DNA from: Candidatus Hydrogenedens sp.
GTDB taxonomy: Bacteria; Hydrogenedentota; Hydrogenedentia; Hydrogenedentales; JAEUWI01
Length of the DNA: 64,000 bases
Direction: 5' to 3'
NCBI GenBank assembly: GCA_016125095.1
Contig: WGMK01000010.1
Coordinates: forward strand, 438,149-502,148
The notes under the pieces were generated by a model. The model had not been told where the DNA came from, searched no databases, and saw only the letters and a list, made by a program, of their open reading frames with translations. The position numbers and the translations under genes were made by a program. Within the stretch, counting starts at the first letter, position 1. Every line of letters begins with the position of its first letter. Shown one piece after another: positions 48,576 to 56,848 of this stretch.

Positions 48576-49448
48576 ATGGCGATTCAACACGCGATTGACA
48601 AGGCGCAGGTGCTCATCGACGCCCTGCCGTACATCCGGGATTTCGAGGGCAAAACGGTCGTCATCAAGTACGGCGGCGCGGCCATGCTCGATCCCGAGCT
48701 CCGGCGCAGCACGGCGGAAGACATCGTGCTGATGAAATACGTCGGCATGAATCCGGTCGTCGTGCACGGCGGCGGACCGTCGATTAACCAGTACCTCAAG
48801 CGCCTCGACATCCAGTCGCAGTTCAACAGCCAGGGCCTGCGCATCACCGACGACGCCACCATCGAGGTGGTCGAGATGGTGCTCGCCGGCCAGGTGAACA
48901 AGGACATCGTGAGTCTGCTGAACCTGCACGGCGGCGATGCCGTCGGCCTATGCGGCAAGGACGGCAACCTGCTGTTCGCGCGCAAGATCGACACCGAGGA
49001 CGGCAGCGACATCGGCCACGTGGGCCGCATCACGGGCGTGCACACCCGCGTGGTCAATACGCTCACCAAGGCGGGATTCGTGCCCGTGATCGCGCCGATC
49101 GCCACCGACGGCGAGGGCGGCACCTGGAACATCAACGCCGACACCGCGGCGGGCGAAGTGGCCGCCGCGCTGAACGCAGAGAAGCTGGTATTCCTTACGG
49201 ATACCCCCGGCCTGCTGCGCGACGTGAAGGACGTCGGATCGCTTATCCACCAGGTGCGTTCCAGCGACGTGGCAGAACTCCGCGCCGCGGGCGTCATCGC
49301 CGGGGGCATGATTCCCAAGCTCGAGGCCTGCCTCCGCGCGCTCGACTTCGGGGTACGCAAAACCCATATCATAGACGGGCGGGTTCCCCATAGCCTGCTG
49401 CTCGAGATTTTCACCAAAGAGGGGCTCGGCACCCTCGTCAGCCACTAG
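48576..49448 (+). CDS. argB: acetylglutamate kinase
   Basis: VIKYGGAAM, VVHGGGP and the AAK-family fold; the start lies 4 nt after the argJ stop. Confidence 0.9.
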   Translation: MAIQHAIDKAQVLIDALPYIRDFEGKTVVIKYGGAAMLDPELRRSTAEDIVLMKYVGMNPVVVHGGGPSINQYLKRLDIQSQFNSQGLRITDDATIEVVEMVLAGQVNKDIVSLLNLHGGDAVGLCGKDGNLLFARKIDTEDGSDIGHVGRITGVHTRVVNTLTKAGFVPVIAPIATDGEGGTWNINADTAAGEVAAALNAEKLVFLTDTPGLLRDVKDVGSLIHQVRSSDVAELRAAGVIAGGMIPKLEACLRALDFGVRKTHIIDGRVPHSLLLEIFTKEGLGTLVSH

Positions 49449-49475
49449 TCCGATTCCGGAAACGAAAGGTTCGTC

Positions 49476-50120
49476 GTGGACGTATCGTCTATCATTGCAT
49501 TCGATTTCATGCAGCAGGGCGGCATTCTCATGTGGCCCATCCTGCTGTGCTCCATCATCGGGCTGGGCATCGCCATCGAGCGCTTCATCGCGCTGCGCCG
49601 CGCCAGCATCGACACGCAGGAATTCATGGACACCATGCGCCAGGTGCTGCGCCAGCACCGCATGCAGGAAGCCATCGAAATCTGCGACAAGACCGACGCC
49701 CCGGTGGCCCGCATCCTGCGCGCGGGCGTGCTCAAGCACGACCGTCCCAAGGAGGACATCCGCGAGGCCATCCAGGACGCCGGCAACCTCGAGATTCCGC
49801 GGCTGGAGCGCTACCTCTCGGCGCTGGCCACCTGCGCCAACATCGCGCCGCTGCTCGGTCTGCTGGGCACCGTGTCCGGCATGATCACCGCCTTCGCCCA
49901 GATTCAGAACAAGCGCGGGCAAGTGAACCCCTCCGACCTCGCCGAGGGCATCGGCAACGCGCTCGTCACCACGGCCTTCGGCCTCACGGTCGCCATCCCC
50001 ATGCTCGTGCTCTACAATTATTTCACCACGCGCGTGGACAACATGATCATCGAAATGGAAATCAGTTCCTCCGAACTGGTGGAACTGCTGACCCAGAACC
50101 AGAACAGCCGCGAAATCTAG
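49476..50120 (+). CDS. exbB: MotA/TolQ/ExbB proton-channel family protein
   Basis: Three TM helices and the conserved C-terminal TM region (ANIAPLLGLLGTVSGMI..F; LVTTAFGL.VAIP). Confidence 0.8.
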   Translation: MDVSSIIAFDFMQQGGILMWPILLCSIIGLGIAIERFIALRRASIDTQEFMDTMRQVLRQHRMQEAIEICDKTDAPVARILRAGVLKHDRPKEDIREAIQDAGNLEIPRLERYLSALATCANIAPLLGLLGTVSGMITAFAQIQNKRGQVNPSDLAEGIGNALVTTAFGLTVAIPMLVLYNYFTTRVDNMIIEMEISSSELVELLTQNQNSREI

Positions 50121-50123
50121 GCC

Positions 50124-50564
50124 ATGAAGTTCATCCGGCACCGCCAGCGCAAGGTTACCGCGAACGTCGAAATGACCCCGCTCATCGACGTCGTGTTTCA
50201 GTTGCTCATCTTCTTCATGCTCTCGTCCACCTTCGTGGTGCAGTCGTCCATCCCGATTCAGGACCCGATTTCCGAGAACGCGGGCGCGATGGAAGCGAAG
50301 GATGTGACGGTCACCATCCAGAACAATACGGGTGGCCCCGGTGGCCTGGGCTCCATTTATATCGACGACGTCGAGATCCAGGAGATGGAAGAACTCGTCG
50401 CGACCCTGGCCGAACTGCATCGCGAGAATCCCGAGGCGATGGTCCTGATACGTGCCGACGCCAATGTAACCACCCAGCGGCTTATCCAGGTGCTCGAGCA
50501 AGTGACCGCGTCCGGCATCGAGAAATACGGCATTGGTGCCATAAGTCCGTCCGGAAGCTCGTAA
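50124..50564 (+). CDS. exbD: biopolymer transport protein ExbD/TolR
   Basis: N-terminal motif EMTPLIDVVFQLLIFFM with a single TM helix; 146 aa. Confidence 0.8.
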   Translation: MKFIRHRQRKVTANVEMTPLIDVVFQLLIFFMLSSTFVVQSSIPIQDPISENAGAMEAKDVTVTIQNNTGGPGGLGSIYIDDVEIQEMEELVATLAELHRENPEAMVLIRADANVTTQRLIQVLEQVTASGIEKYGIGAISPSGSS

Positions 50565-50565
50565 C

Positions 50566-51399
50566 GTGGCGATGAAGGCGCCGGACCACGCACGCGAGGC
50601 GCGCCAGCGCGAGGCCATCGAGCGGGGGTTCCGGCCGAAGCGGCAGTGGAAGAACGTGTTCACCTTTGGCCTGGCGGTGAGCGCCGTGCTGCACCTGAGC
50701 GCCGTGACCCTCTTCCGCATCGTCATCTACTTTCCGCGTGAGGATATCCACTACTACGACTTCAGCGTGGTCGAGGTAGCGGCGCCGGTAGCGGTCGCCG
50801 AGTCCACGGAAGCCTCGGTCGACCCTGCAACGGGCGATAACCCGCTGAAGCTGGCCGACCGCCTGCCCGCTATCAATCTGCCGACCCTTGAGTTCGCGGA
50901 ACTCGAGCGGCTGCGTGTGCGCCAGACAGGCTACGAGGAAGCGTCGCTCTACGACCAGCTCTATGGTCGCGATCGTTCGCCGCTCGAGGTGGTGGGGGAG
51001 GGGCTGGCGAAACTCGGCAGCGAAGTGCGCCGCCTGACCCTGGGCGAGCCGCTGGATCTGAAACTGAGCAAGCCCGCCTCGGCCGTCGGCACCTTCAGTC
51101 CGGCGCGGGGATACGAGGGGCGGCTGGTCTGGATAGAGCGAAACGCGCCCCGGGCGCTGCTGTTCTCACCACCGCTGCAGGCCCTTTATAACCTGCGTGG
51201 AAACGAGACCCTGGAGATGGTGCTCAAGGTGGATGCGTCCGGCAAGGTGACCAGCGCCTACAGCGCGGAGACGAGCGAGAGCGAGGTATTCGATGCCGTA
51301 CAGGCCTCGCTCTTCCAGTTCCGTTTCGAGGCCGACGACAACCTGTTGCTGCCGGAGAGCGTGAACCTGATCATCCGTCCGGAAACGGTGAGCCCATGA
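50566..51399 (+). CDS. TonB/TolA-like energy-transducer family protein (tentative)
   Basis: N-terminal TM anchor, a linker and a C-terminal beta-rich domain. It follows directly after exbB-exbD. Confidence 0.45.
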   Translation: MAMKAPDHAREARQREAIERGFRPKRQWKNVFTFGLAVSAVLHLSAVTLFRIVIYFPREDIHYYDFSVVEVAAPVAVAESTEASVDPATGDNPLKLADRLPAINLPTLEFAELERLRVRQTGYEEASLYDQLYGRDRSPLEVVGEGLAKLGSEVRRLTLGEPLDLKLSKPASAVGTFSPARGYEGRLVWIERNAPRALLFSPPLQALYNLRGNETLEMVLKVDASGKVTSAYSAETSESEVFDAVQASLFQFRFEADDNLLLPESVNLIIRPETVSP

Positions 51400-51758
51400 T
51401 CGAGATCTCGCTCAGCTGGGCGCTGCTGATGTACAGCGTCATTCTCTCCGCAGGCGGCTTCGCGCTCTGGCTGTATACTGAACTCACGGAACGCAAGGTG
51501 CACCGTGTGCTCGAGAATCAGCACCTGTGGCGCTGCACCTTCTGCGCCTTTGTCTACCTCGACGAGGAGGCGCAGGATTTCAGCGAATGCCCGCGCTGCC
51601 ACAGCCTGAACCGCATCGACGACGCCAACGTGAAGCCCTACCGCGTGAAGTACGCAGAGCAGCCGGTCGATCATTCCGAGGGCCGGAAGAACACCTCGAA
51701 GCAGAAACGGGGACGCGCCACCACCCGCGGCCCCCGCCGCCGCGGCGGACGCCGGTAG
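51396..51758 (+). CDS. small membrane protein with zinc-ribbon (CxxC...CxxC) and basic tail
   Basis: TM helix, then CTFCAF...CPRCHS; ATGA overlap with the upstream gene. Confidence 0.5.
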   Translation: MIEISLSWALLMYSVILSAGGFALWLYTELTERKVHRVLENQHLWRCTFCAFVYLDEEAQDFSECPRCHSLNRIDDANVKPYRVKYAEQPVDHSEGRKNTSKQKRGRATTRGPRRRGGRR

Positions 51759-51771
51759 GGGGCAGGGTCGC

Positions 51772-52011
51772 CTACCCTTCGGCAGGCCTCGGTTGCGTTA
51801 GTTCAAGCAGCCGGCCCTGCACGGACTCCATCACCGAGTCCCGAATAAATGCGCTGGCATCCAGAATTTCGATTCCGATGAGCGCTCCGGCGCTATTTAA
51901 TTCCGCCGTGATATTCGGGCTGATTTCAACGCTGCCCGCTTCAGGCTCGTCGGAGATCGAGAGGTGCAGTATGTCTTCCTGTTCGAAGTAAGAGAGATGC
52001 GGATTATTCAT
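51772..52011 (-). CDS. DUF2283 domain protein (putative antitoxin partner)
   Basis: 79 aa; resembles DUF2283, and its start overlaps the stop of the upstream DUF4258-like gene. Confidence 0.6.
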   Translation of the reverse strand: MNNPHLSYFEQEDILHLSISDEPEAGSVEISPNITAELNSAGALIGIEILDASAFIRDSVMESVQGRLLELTQPRPAEG

Positions 52012-52291
52012 GGCGGTACCGTCCGGCTTTGATACGGGCCTCTATTTGGGTCCGGTTCGTGGCATGCACAGTCACGGGGCGAATGAAGCGTCCGTCGAAC
52101 TCGTACGGTACAAGCACCAGTTGTCCTTGGCACTTACCGACAGCGAGTAGTCGACCGGTCGTGTCATCTACGTAGCGCTCTGGTGAGTGTCGCACAAGAT
52201 CGGCAATACGGACAAGGTCGAAGCCTCGAAGGGACGCGCGGTATTGCATGTATTCGGTCCATTCGAGTTCTAACTCGTTCATCGAAAACAT
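52004..52291 (-). CDS. DUF4258 domain protein (putative toxin partner)
   Basis: 95 aa; 8-nt overlap with the DUF2283-like gene; this gene pair commonly occurs as a TA-like module. Confidence 0.6.
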   Translation of the reverse strand: MFSMNELELEWTEYMQYRASLRGFDLVRIADLVRHSPERYVDDTTGRLLAVGKCQGQLVLVPYEFDGRFIRPVTVHATNRTQIEARIKAGRYRHE

Positions 52292-52379
52292 CCTTGAGGA
52301 AACGCTATGATCAAGATCCTTTCTACTCGGGTGTGATACGCCCTGCTGTACTCATTATGCAAACTTCGGGAGTCTCCCC

Positions 52380-53537
52380 ATGCATCCAGGCCGCATTGTA
52401 AAACTGTGCTACGGCGGCATGATGTGCGTGGCGTTGGGCGCGGGCACGTTGCCCGTGTACCTGACGACCTTCTCGGAAACCTTCGGTGGGCTGGGCAAGG
52501 CACAGTTGGGGCAGCTGCCGGGCGTGCTCTTTGCGGGCTTCGTGCTGGGCATCCTGATCAGCGGCCCCTTGGCGGACCGGTTCGGGGCCCGGCCCTTCGC
52601 GCTGCTCGGCTTCGCGCTGAGCGCGGGCGGGCTGCTGCTGGCGGCTTCGGCCCCGGTCTTCGGGGTGCTGCTGGCCGGGGCGGGCATTCTCGGGCTCGGC
52701 GGCGGCGTGCTCGATATGCTCATGAGTCCCATCGTCAGCGCGGTCAGTGGCGACCGCCGGTCCTCCGCGCTGAATAAACTGCATGCCTTCTACAGCATCG
52801 GCGCGGTGAGCAGCGTGATTATCACGTCGGCCGGTATCGCGCTGGGGCTGCCCTGGCGCGGGGTGCTGGCGGGGCTGACCCTGCTGCCGCTGATCTGTTT
52901 CGCGGGGTTTCTGGCCGAGCCCCTGCCGCCGCTCGTGCATCCGGGCGAATCGCGCCACCGGCTGCGCGAACTCCTCCGACTACCGCGGTTTCTCGTCGCG
53001 CTCGCCATCATCTTCTTCATCGGCGCTTCCGAAGAGGGCATGTCGCAATGGCTGCCGGCCTACGCGGAAGACAGCCTCGGCTTCAGCAAAGCCGTCGCCG
53101 GCGGCACGCTCGCGGCCTATGCCACGCTTCAGGCGCTCGGCCGCCTGCTGGGCTCCACGCACATCGCCCGCATGGGCGCCCATGGGTTGCTGGCTGCAGG
53201 CGCTGCCTGCACCGCGGTGTGCTATGCCGTCTGCGCCTGGGCACCCGTCCCCGTGGCAGGCCTGGCGGCCGGGGCGGCTTGCGGGCTGGCGGTCAGCGTG
53301 CTCTGGCCCACGAACCTTGGTATTACGGCGGACCGCATGCCGCGCGGCGGGGCCTCCATGTTCGGGCTTATGGCGGCCATGGGTAACTTGGGGTGTACCG
53401 TTGCACCTTGGGCCGTCGGGCATCTGGCCGACGCCATGGACCTCCATCGGGCGCTGTTCATCGCAGCGGCCTGTCCGGCGGTAGTCGCCCTGTTGGCTGT
53501 CGCCATCCGGCGCTACGACGCGACCGAGGTGGGTTGA
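52380..53537 (+). CDS. MFS transporter
   Basis: 385 aa with 12 predicted TM helices and an MFS-like loop (GPLADRFGARP). Confidence 0.8.
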   Translation: MHPGRIVKLCYGGMMCVALGAGTLPVYLTTFSETFGGLGKAQLGQLPGVLFAGFVLGILISGPLADRFGARPFALLGFALSAGGLLLAASAPVFGVLLAGAGILGLGGGVLDMLMSPIVSAVSGDRRSSALNKLHAFYSIGAVSSVIITSAGIALGLPWRGVLAGLTLLPLICFAGFLAEPLPPLVHPGESRHRLRELLRLPRFLVALAIIFFIGASEEGMSQWLPAYAEDSLGFSKAVAGGTLAAYATLQALGRLLGSTHIARMGAHGLLAAGAACTAVCYAVCAWAPVPVAGLAAGAACGLAVSVLWPTNLGITADRMPRGGASMFGLMAAMGNLGCTVAPWAVGHLADAMDLHRALFIAAACPAVVALLAVAIRRYDATEVG

Positions 53538-53773
53538 GTCCGCGCACCCTGCATGACTGTTTAACGGCGCTAACGTCGTGATGGACGTTCAGAGAGCCCG
53601 TCATCTTCTCGTAATATTACCGTTCCTATACTTCCGCGCATGGTCATCCCGCTACCGGGGTACGACCGTTCTGGTAGGATGCGCGGCGGCAGGGAGCCGA
53701 GGGCTCGGCCCCGGGCTCGAATAGGCAGCAGCGCTGCCTCGACCGCCTTCGATGCAGTAAAGGACCCCGTGGC

Positions 53774-55285
53774 ATGAGCATGCCGTCTAAGCAAGAACGC
53801 TGGATTGTCTACGCGCGCTGGTTTCTCGCCAGCGGCGGGTTGTTGGCCGTATTGGCTTCGGCAGGCACGGCCATCGCCGCCTACTACGTCGCACCGGCTA
53901 GCGATATGGAAGCGGGACTGAATCCGATCTGGAACGAGGCCAAGTACTTCGTGCTCGACGTACAGACCGGCATGGTGTTTACCGCCGCGGCCACGCTCAT
54001 TCTGTGGGGCATGCTGCGCGTGCTTACCTGGCGGTTGGATGCCCGGGCGGTACCGGTGCGCGGCCGTGCGATAGCAACCATCCTCGGATTGCTCGCGGTC
54101 TGCGTGTTCGCCCGCGTCATCGTCAAAAACCATCCGGTCTTCGTTGAGACCCTGCGTGTAACGGCATTCCCTTCGTCCGAAGCACCCGACCAAATTACCC
54201 TCACCTGGGCCGATTCACCCGATACGACGCAGTCCATCCAGTGGCGCACGGCCCCCGGCAGCCCTGCGGTCACGGTGCGCTATCGAACGCAAGGCGCCAC
54301 CGACTGGCAGACCGCAGACTCGACCAACGAGTCGTTTATGGCCGAGAACATGGCGAACGACGACAAGATTGAGTGGCACACGGCGCGGCTGGCTGACCTC
54401 CAGCCGGGCACCGGCTATGAATACGAGGTGGGCAGCGAGACGGCGTGGAGCGAGACGCGCAAGTTCACCACCGCCCCCGCGGCGAGCGAGGCCTTCTCGT
54501 TCATGTACCTGGGCGACTCGCAGATCGGGCTGCAGGATTACGGCAACCTGCTGGACGTGGGCTATGAGGCGCACCCCGAGGCGGCCTTCGTCATTCATGC
54601 GGGCGACCTGGTCAACCGCGGCTGCGACCGCGACGACTGGGACCTGTTCTTCCATGCCTCGCGGAACGTGTTCGACCAGTACCCCATCATGCCGACGATT
54701 GGCAACCACGACGACTGCGGGGTCGAGGATCCGCGCCTGTACATCATGTACTTCGACCTGCCGAAGAACGGCTCGGACGTCCTGTCGAAGGAGCAGACCT
54801 ATGCCTTCACCTACGGCAACGCGCTCTTCGTAACGCTCAACAGCAACCTGAAGGTCGAAGAACAGACCCCTTGGCTGGAAGAACAGCTGGCGCATAGCGA
54901 CGCGGAGTGGAAATTCCTGCTGTGGCATCACCCGGCCTATGCCTCGCGCTCTGTTCGTGACAACCCTGATGTCCGAAAATACTGGGGCGCGCTCGCCGAC
55001 AAGTACGGCGTGGATATCGTCTTCCAGGGGCACGACCACGCCTACGCCCGCTCGAAGCCCATCCACGACGGCCAAGTGGCCGACGGCACGATTCCCGGTG
55101 TCATCTATGTGCTGGCGGTATCGGGCACCAAGTTTTACGACCAGGATCCGAACGAGCTGTTCGAGGTGGGCTACGAGAAAATGCCGACCTACCAGATCAT
55201 CCACGTCGACGGGAAGACCCTGCGCTACGAGGCCTACGACATCCACAACAAGCTGGTCGACGATTTCTCGCTCACCAAGAAGTAG
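53774..55285 (+). CDS. membrane-anchored purple-acid-phosphatase-like metallophosphoesterase with FN3-like N-domain
   Basis: Metallophosphoesterase motifs GDSQIG, GDLVNRG, GNHD, HHPAY and GHDHAY; N-terminal TM helices. Confidence 0.8.
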   Translation: MSMPSKQERWIVYARWFLASGGLLAVLASAGTAIAAYYVAPASDMEAGLNPIWNEAKYFVLDVQTGMVFTAAATLILWGMLRVLTWRLDARAVPVRGRAIATILGLLAVCVFARVIVKNHPVFVETLRVTAFPSSEAPDQITLTWADSPDTTQSIQWRTAPGSPAVTVRYRTQGATDWQTADSTNESFMAENMANDDKIEWHTARLADLQPGTGYEYEVGSETAWSETRKFTTAPAASEAFSFMYLGDSQIGLQDYGNLLDVGYEAHPEAAFVIHAGDLVNRGCDRDDWDLFFHASRNVFDQYPIMPTIGNHDDCGVEDPRLYIMYFDLPKNGSDVLSKEQTYAFTYGNALFVTLNSNLKVEEQTPWLEEQLAHSDAEWKFLLWHHPAYASRSVRDNPDVRKYWGALADKYGVDIVFQGHDHAYARSKPIHDGQVADGTIPGVIYVLAVSGTKFYDQDPNELFEVGYEKMPTYQIIHVDGKTLRYEAYDIHNKLVDDFSLTKK

Positions 55286-55294
55286 GGGGGTGGG

Positions 55295-56086
55295 TTACTC
55301 GCCTCGGAACACGGGGGGGCGGCGCTCGACAAACGAGTCCACCCCCTCCTGGGCGTCCGCCGAGGCGCTGAGCTGCTGGGTGATTTCGGTGAACCCGGCA
55401 ATGGCCGCCGCCTCGCCCTGCTCGGCATAGGTCAGCGACGACCGCTTGGTGGCCTGGATGGCCAGCGGGGCGTTGGCGCAGATGGCCTCGGCGATTTCCA
55501 GAGCCCGGCCCAGCTGCGCGCCCGGCTCGACGATTTCCTGCACCAGCCCGATACGCCGGGCTTCCTCGGCGGTGAACTCGTCGGCAGTAAGTAAATGATA
55601 CATGGCATTGCCCCAACCGCAGCGCTCGACAAACCGGATGGTCGCGCCCCCGAAGGCCATGATGCCCCGCTTGGGCTCCAGCTGCGAAAACCGGCAATCA
55701 GAGGCCGCCACGACGATGTCTCCCGCCAGCATCAGCTCGATGGCGACGGTATAGCAGATGCCCTGCACGGCGAATACCAGGGGCTTGCAGCACTTGGACT
55801 TGAGCGCGAAAACGTCCACGATCCCCGGGGCGAAGGGGTCGCTGCCCTCCTGCATGGCGGCGGTGAACTTGGGCAGGTCGAGGCCGGCCGTAAAGTGCTT
55901 GCCCTCGGCGTACACCACCCCGCACCAGAGCTCCGGGTCGGTGTGCAGTTCATCGTACGCCGCCGTCAGTTCGGCGAACATCTTGGGGGTGAAGCCGTTG
56001 TACTTTTCCGCCCGGTCGATGCCGATAAGAAACACGCGGCCCCGCCGCTCCGTGACCACCTGTCCCTCGGGATGACGCTCGCTCAT
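55295..56086 (-). CDS. enoyl-CoA hydratase/isomerase (crotonase family)
   Basis: 263 aa; the oxyanion-hole region (HFTAGLDL) is in a crotonase-fold context. Confidence 0.85.
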   Translation of the reverse strand: MSERHPEGQVVTERRGRVFLIGIDRAEKYNGFTPKMFAELTAAYDELHTDPELWCGVVYAEGKHFTAGLDLPKFTAAMQEGSDPFAPGIVDVFALKSKCCKPLVFAVQGICYTVAIELMLAGDIVVAASDCRFSQLEPKRGIMAFGGATIRFVERCGWGNAMYHLLTADEFTAEEARRIGLVQEIVEPGAQLGRALEIAEAICANAPLAIQATKRSSLTYAEQGEAAAIAGFTEITQQLSASADAQEGVDSFVERRPPVFRGE

Positions 56087-56124
56087 GGGTACCCTTCCGC
56101 AAAGCTAGTGCGCTGAAAAATTCT

Positions 56125-56153
56125 CTTGCCAAAATTCAGGGGCTAGAGTATCA
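56125..56153 (+). promoter_or_regulatory. putative sigma70 promoter for the RRM protein gene
   Basis: TTGCCA, 17 nt, TATCAT; this leaves a ~170-nt 5' UTR. Confidence 0.4.
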
Positions 56154-56326
56154 TAGCGCCGTGCAATGGTTGCACTTCGGTTAGAGCTAGGTGACCTTTA
56201 GAGCCTTATGTGTACCGCTTCCTGCCTCGATGTCTCTCTTCGACGACTTCTTGTTTGCTCCGGATTGGTTGGTATCCATTCTGAGGGCCACGCTCTAATC
56301 TCCCCCCAATCCACAAAGGAGTCGGT

Positions 56327-56695
56327 ATGAACATCTATGTCGGGAACATTTCCTACAACACGACGAATGACGATCTCCGTCAGGCTTTCGAGTCTTACGG
56401 CACCGTCACGGACGCCCATGTGATCATGGACCGCGAAACCGGCCGCTCGCGCGGTTTCGGTTTCGTCGAAATGGCCAACGACGACGAGGCGCGCATCGCC
56501 ATCGAGAAGCTCAATGGCAACGAAATCGCCGGTCGTAACGTCACCGTGAACGAAGCGCGTCCGCGTCAGCCCCGTCCGGGCGGCGGTGGCGGCGGCGGCG
56601 GTTACGGCGGCGGCGGCGGCGGCGGTCGCGGCGGCTACGGCGGCGGCGGCGGTGGCGGCCGTGGTGGCTACGGCGGCGGCGGCGGTCGCTACTAG
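56327..56695 (+). CDS. rbp: glycine-rich RNA-binding protein with RRM domain
   Basis: RNP2 (IYVGNIS) and RNP1 (RGFGFVEM) motifs, and a C-terminal (GGGGYGGGGGGGR)n tail. Confidence 0.88.
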   Translation: MNIYVGNISYNTTNDDLRQAFESYGTVTDAHVIMDRETGRSRGFGFVEMANDDEARIAIEKLNGNEIAGRNVTVNEARPRQPRPGGGGGGGGYGGGGGGGRGGYGGGGGGGRGGYGGGGGRY

Positions 56696-56727
56696 ACCCC
56701 ACGCAAAACGCATCAGCGTCATCTTCA

Positions 56728-56763
56728 ACCGGAGAGGCCTCGGCCTCTCCGGTTGTTCTTTTT
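56728..56763 (+). terminator. rho-independent terminator
   Basis: accggagaggcc-tcg-ggcctctccggt followed by tgttcttttt. Confidence 0.7.
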
Positions 56764-56848
56764 CGCGGCATCTCGCTAAGACGCTTGCATCGCGGGCCGC
56801 TTCATGCAACGATAGGCGCTTGGCAACGGGCTGACGGGAGGAGACGCG

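Noticed and set aside
56560-56700. Tandem GGC/GGT repeats that could superficially look like a simple-sequence or CRISPR-like array.
   Set aside because: They are in frame within the rbp CDS and encode the glycine-rich tail. No spacer/repeat periodicity typical of CRISPR is present anywhere in the window.
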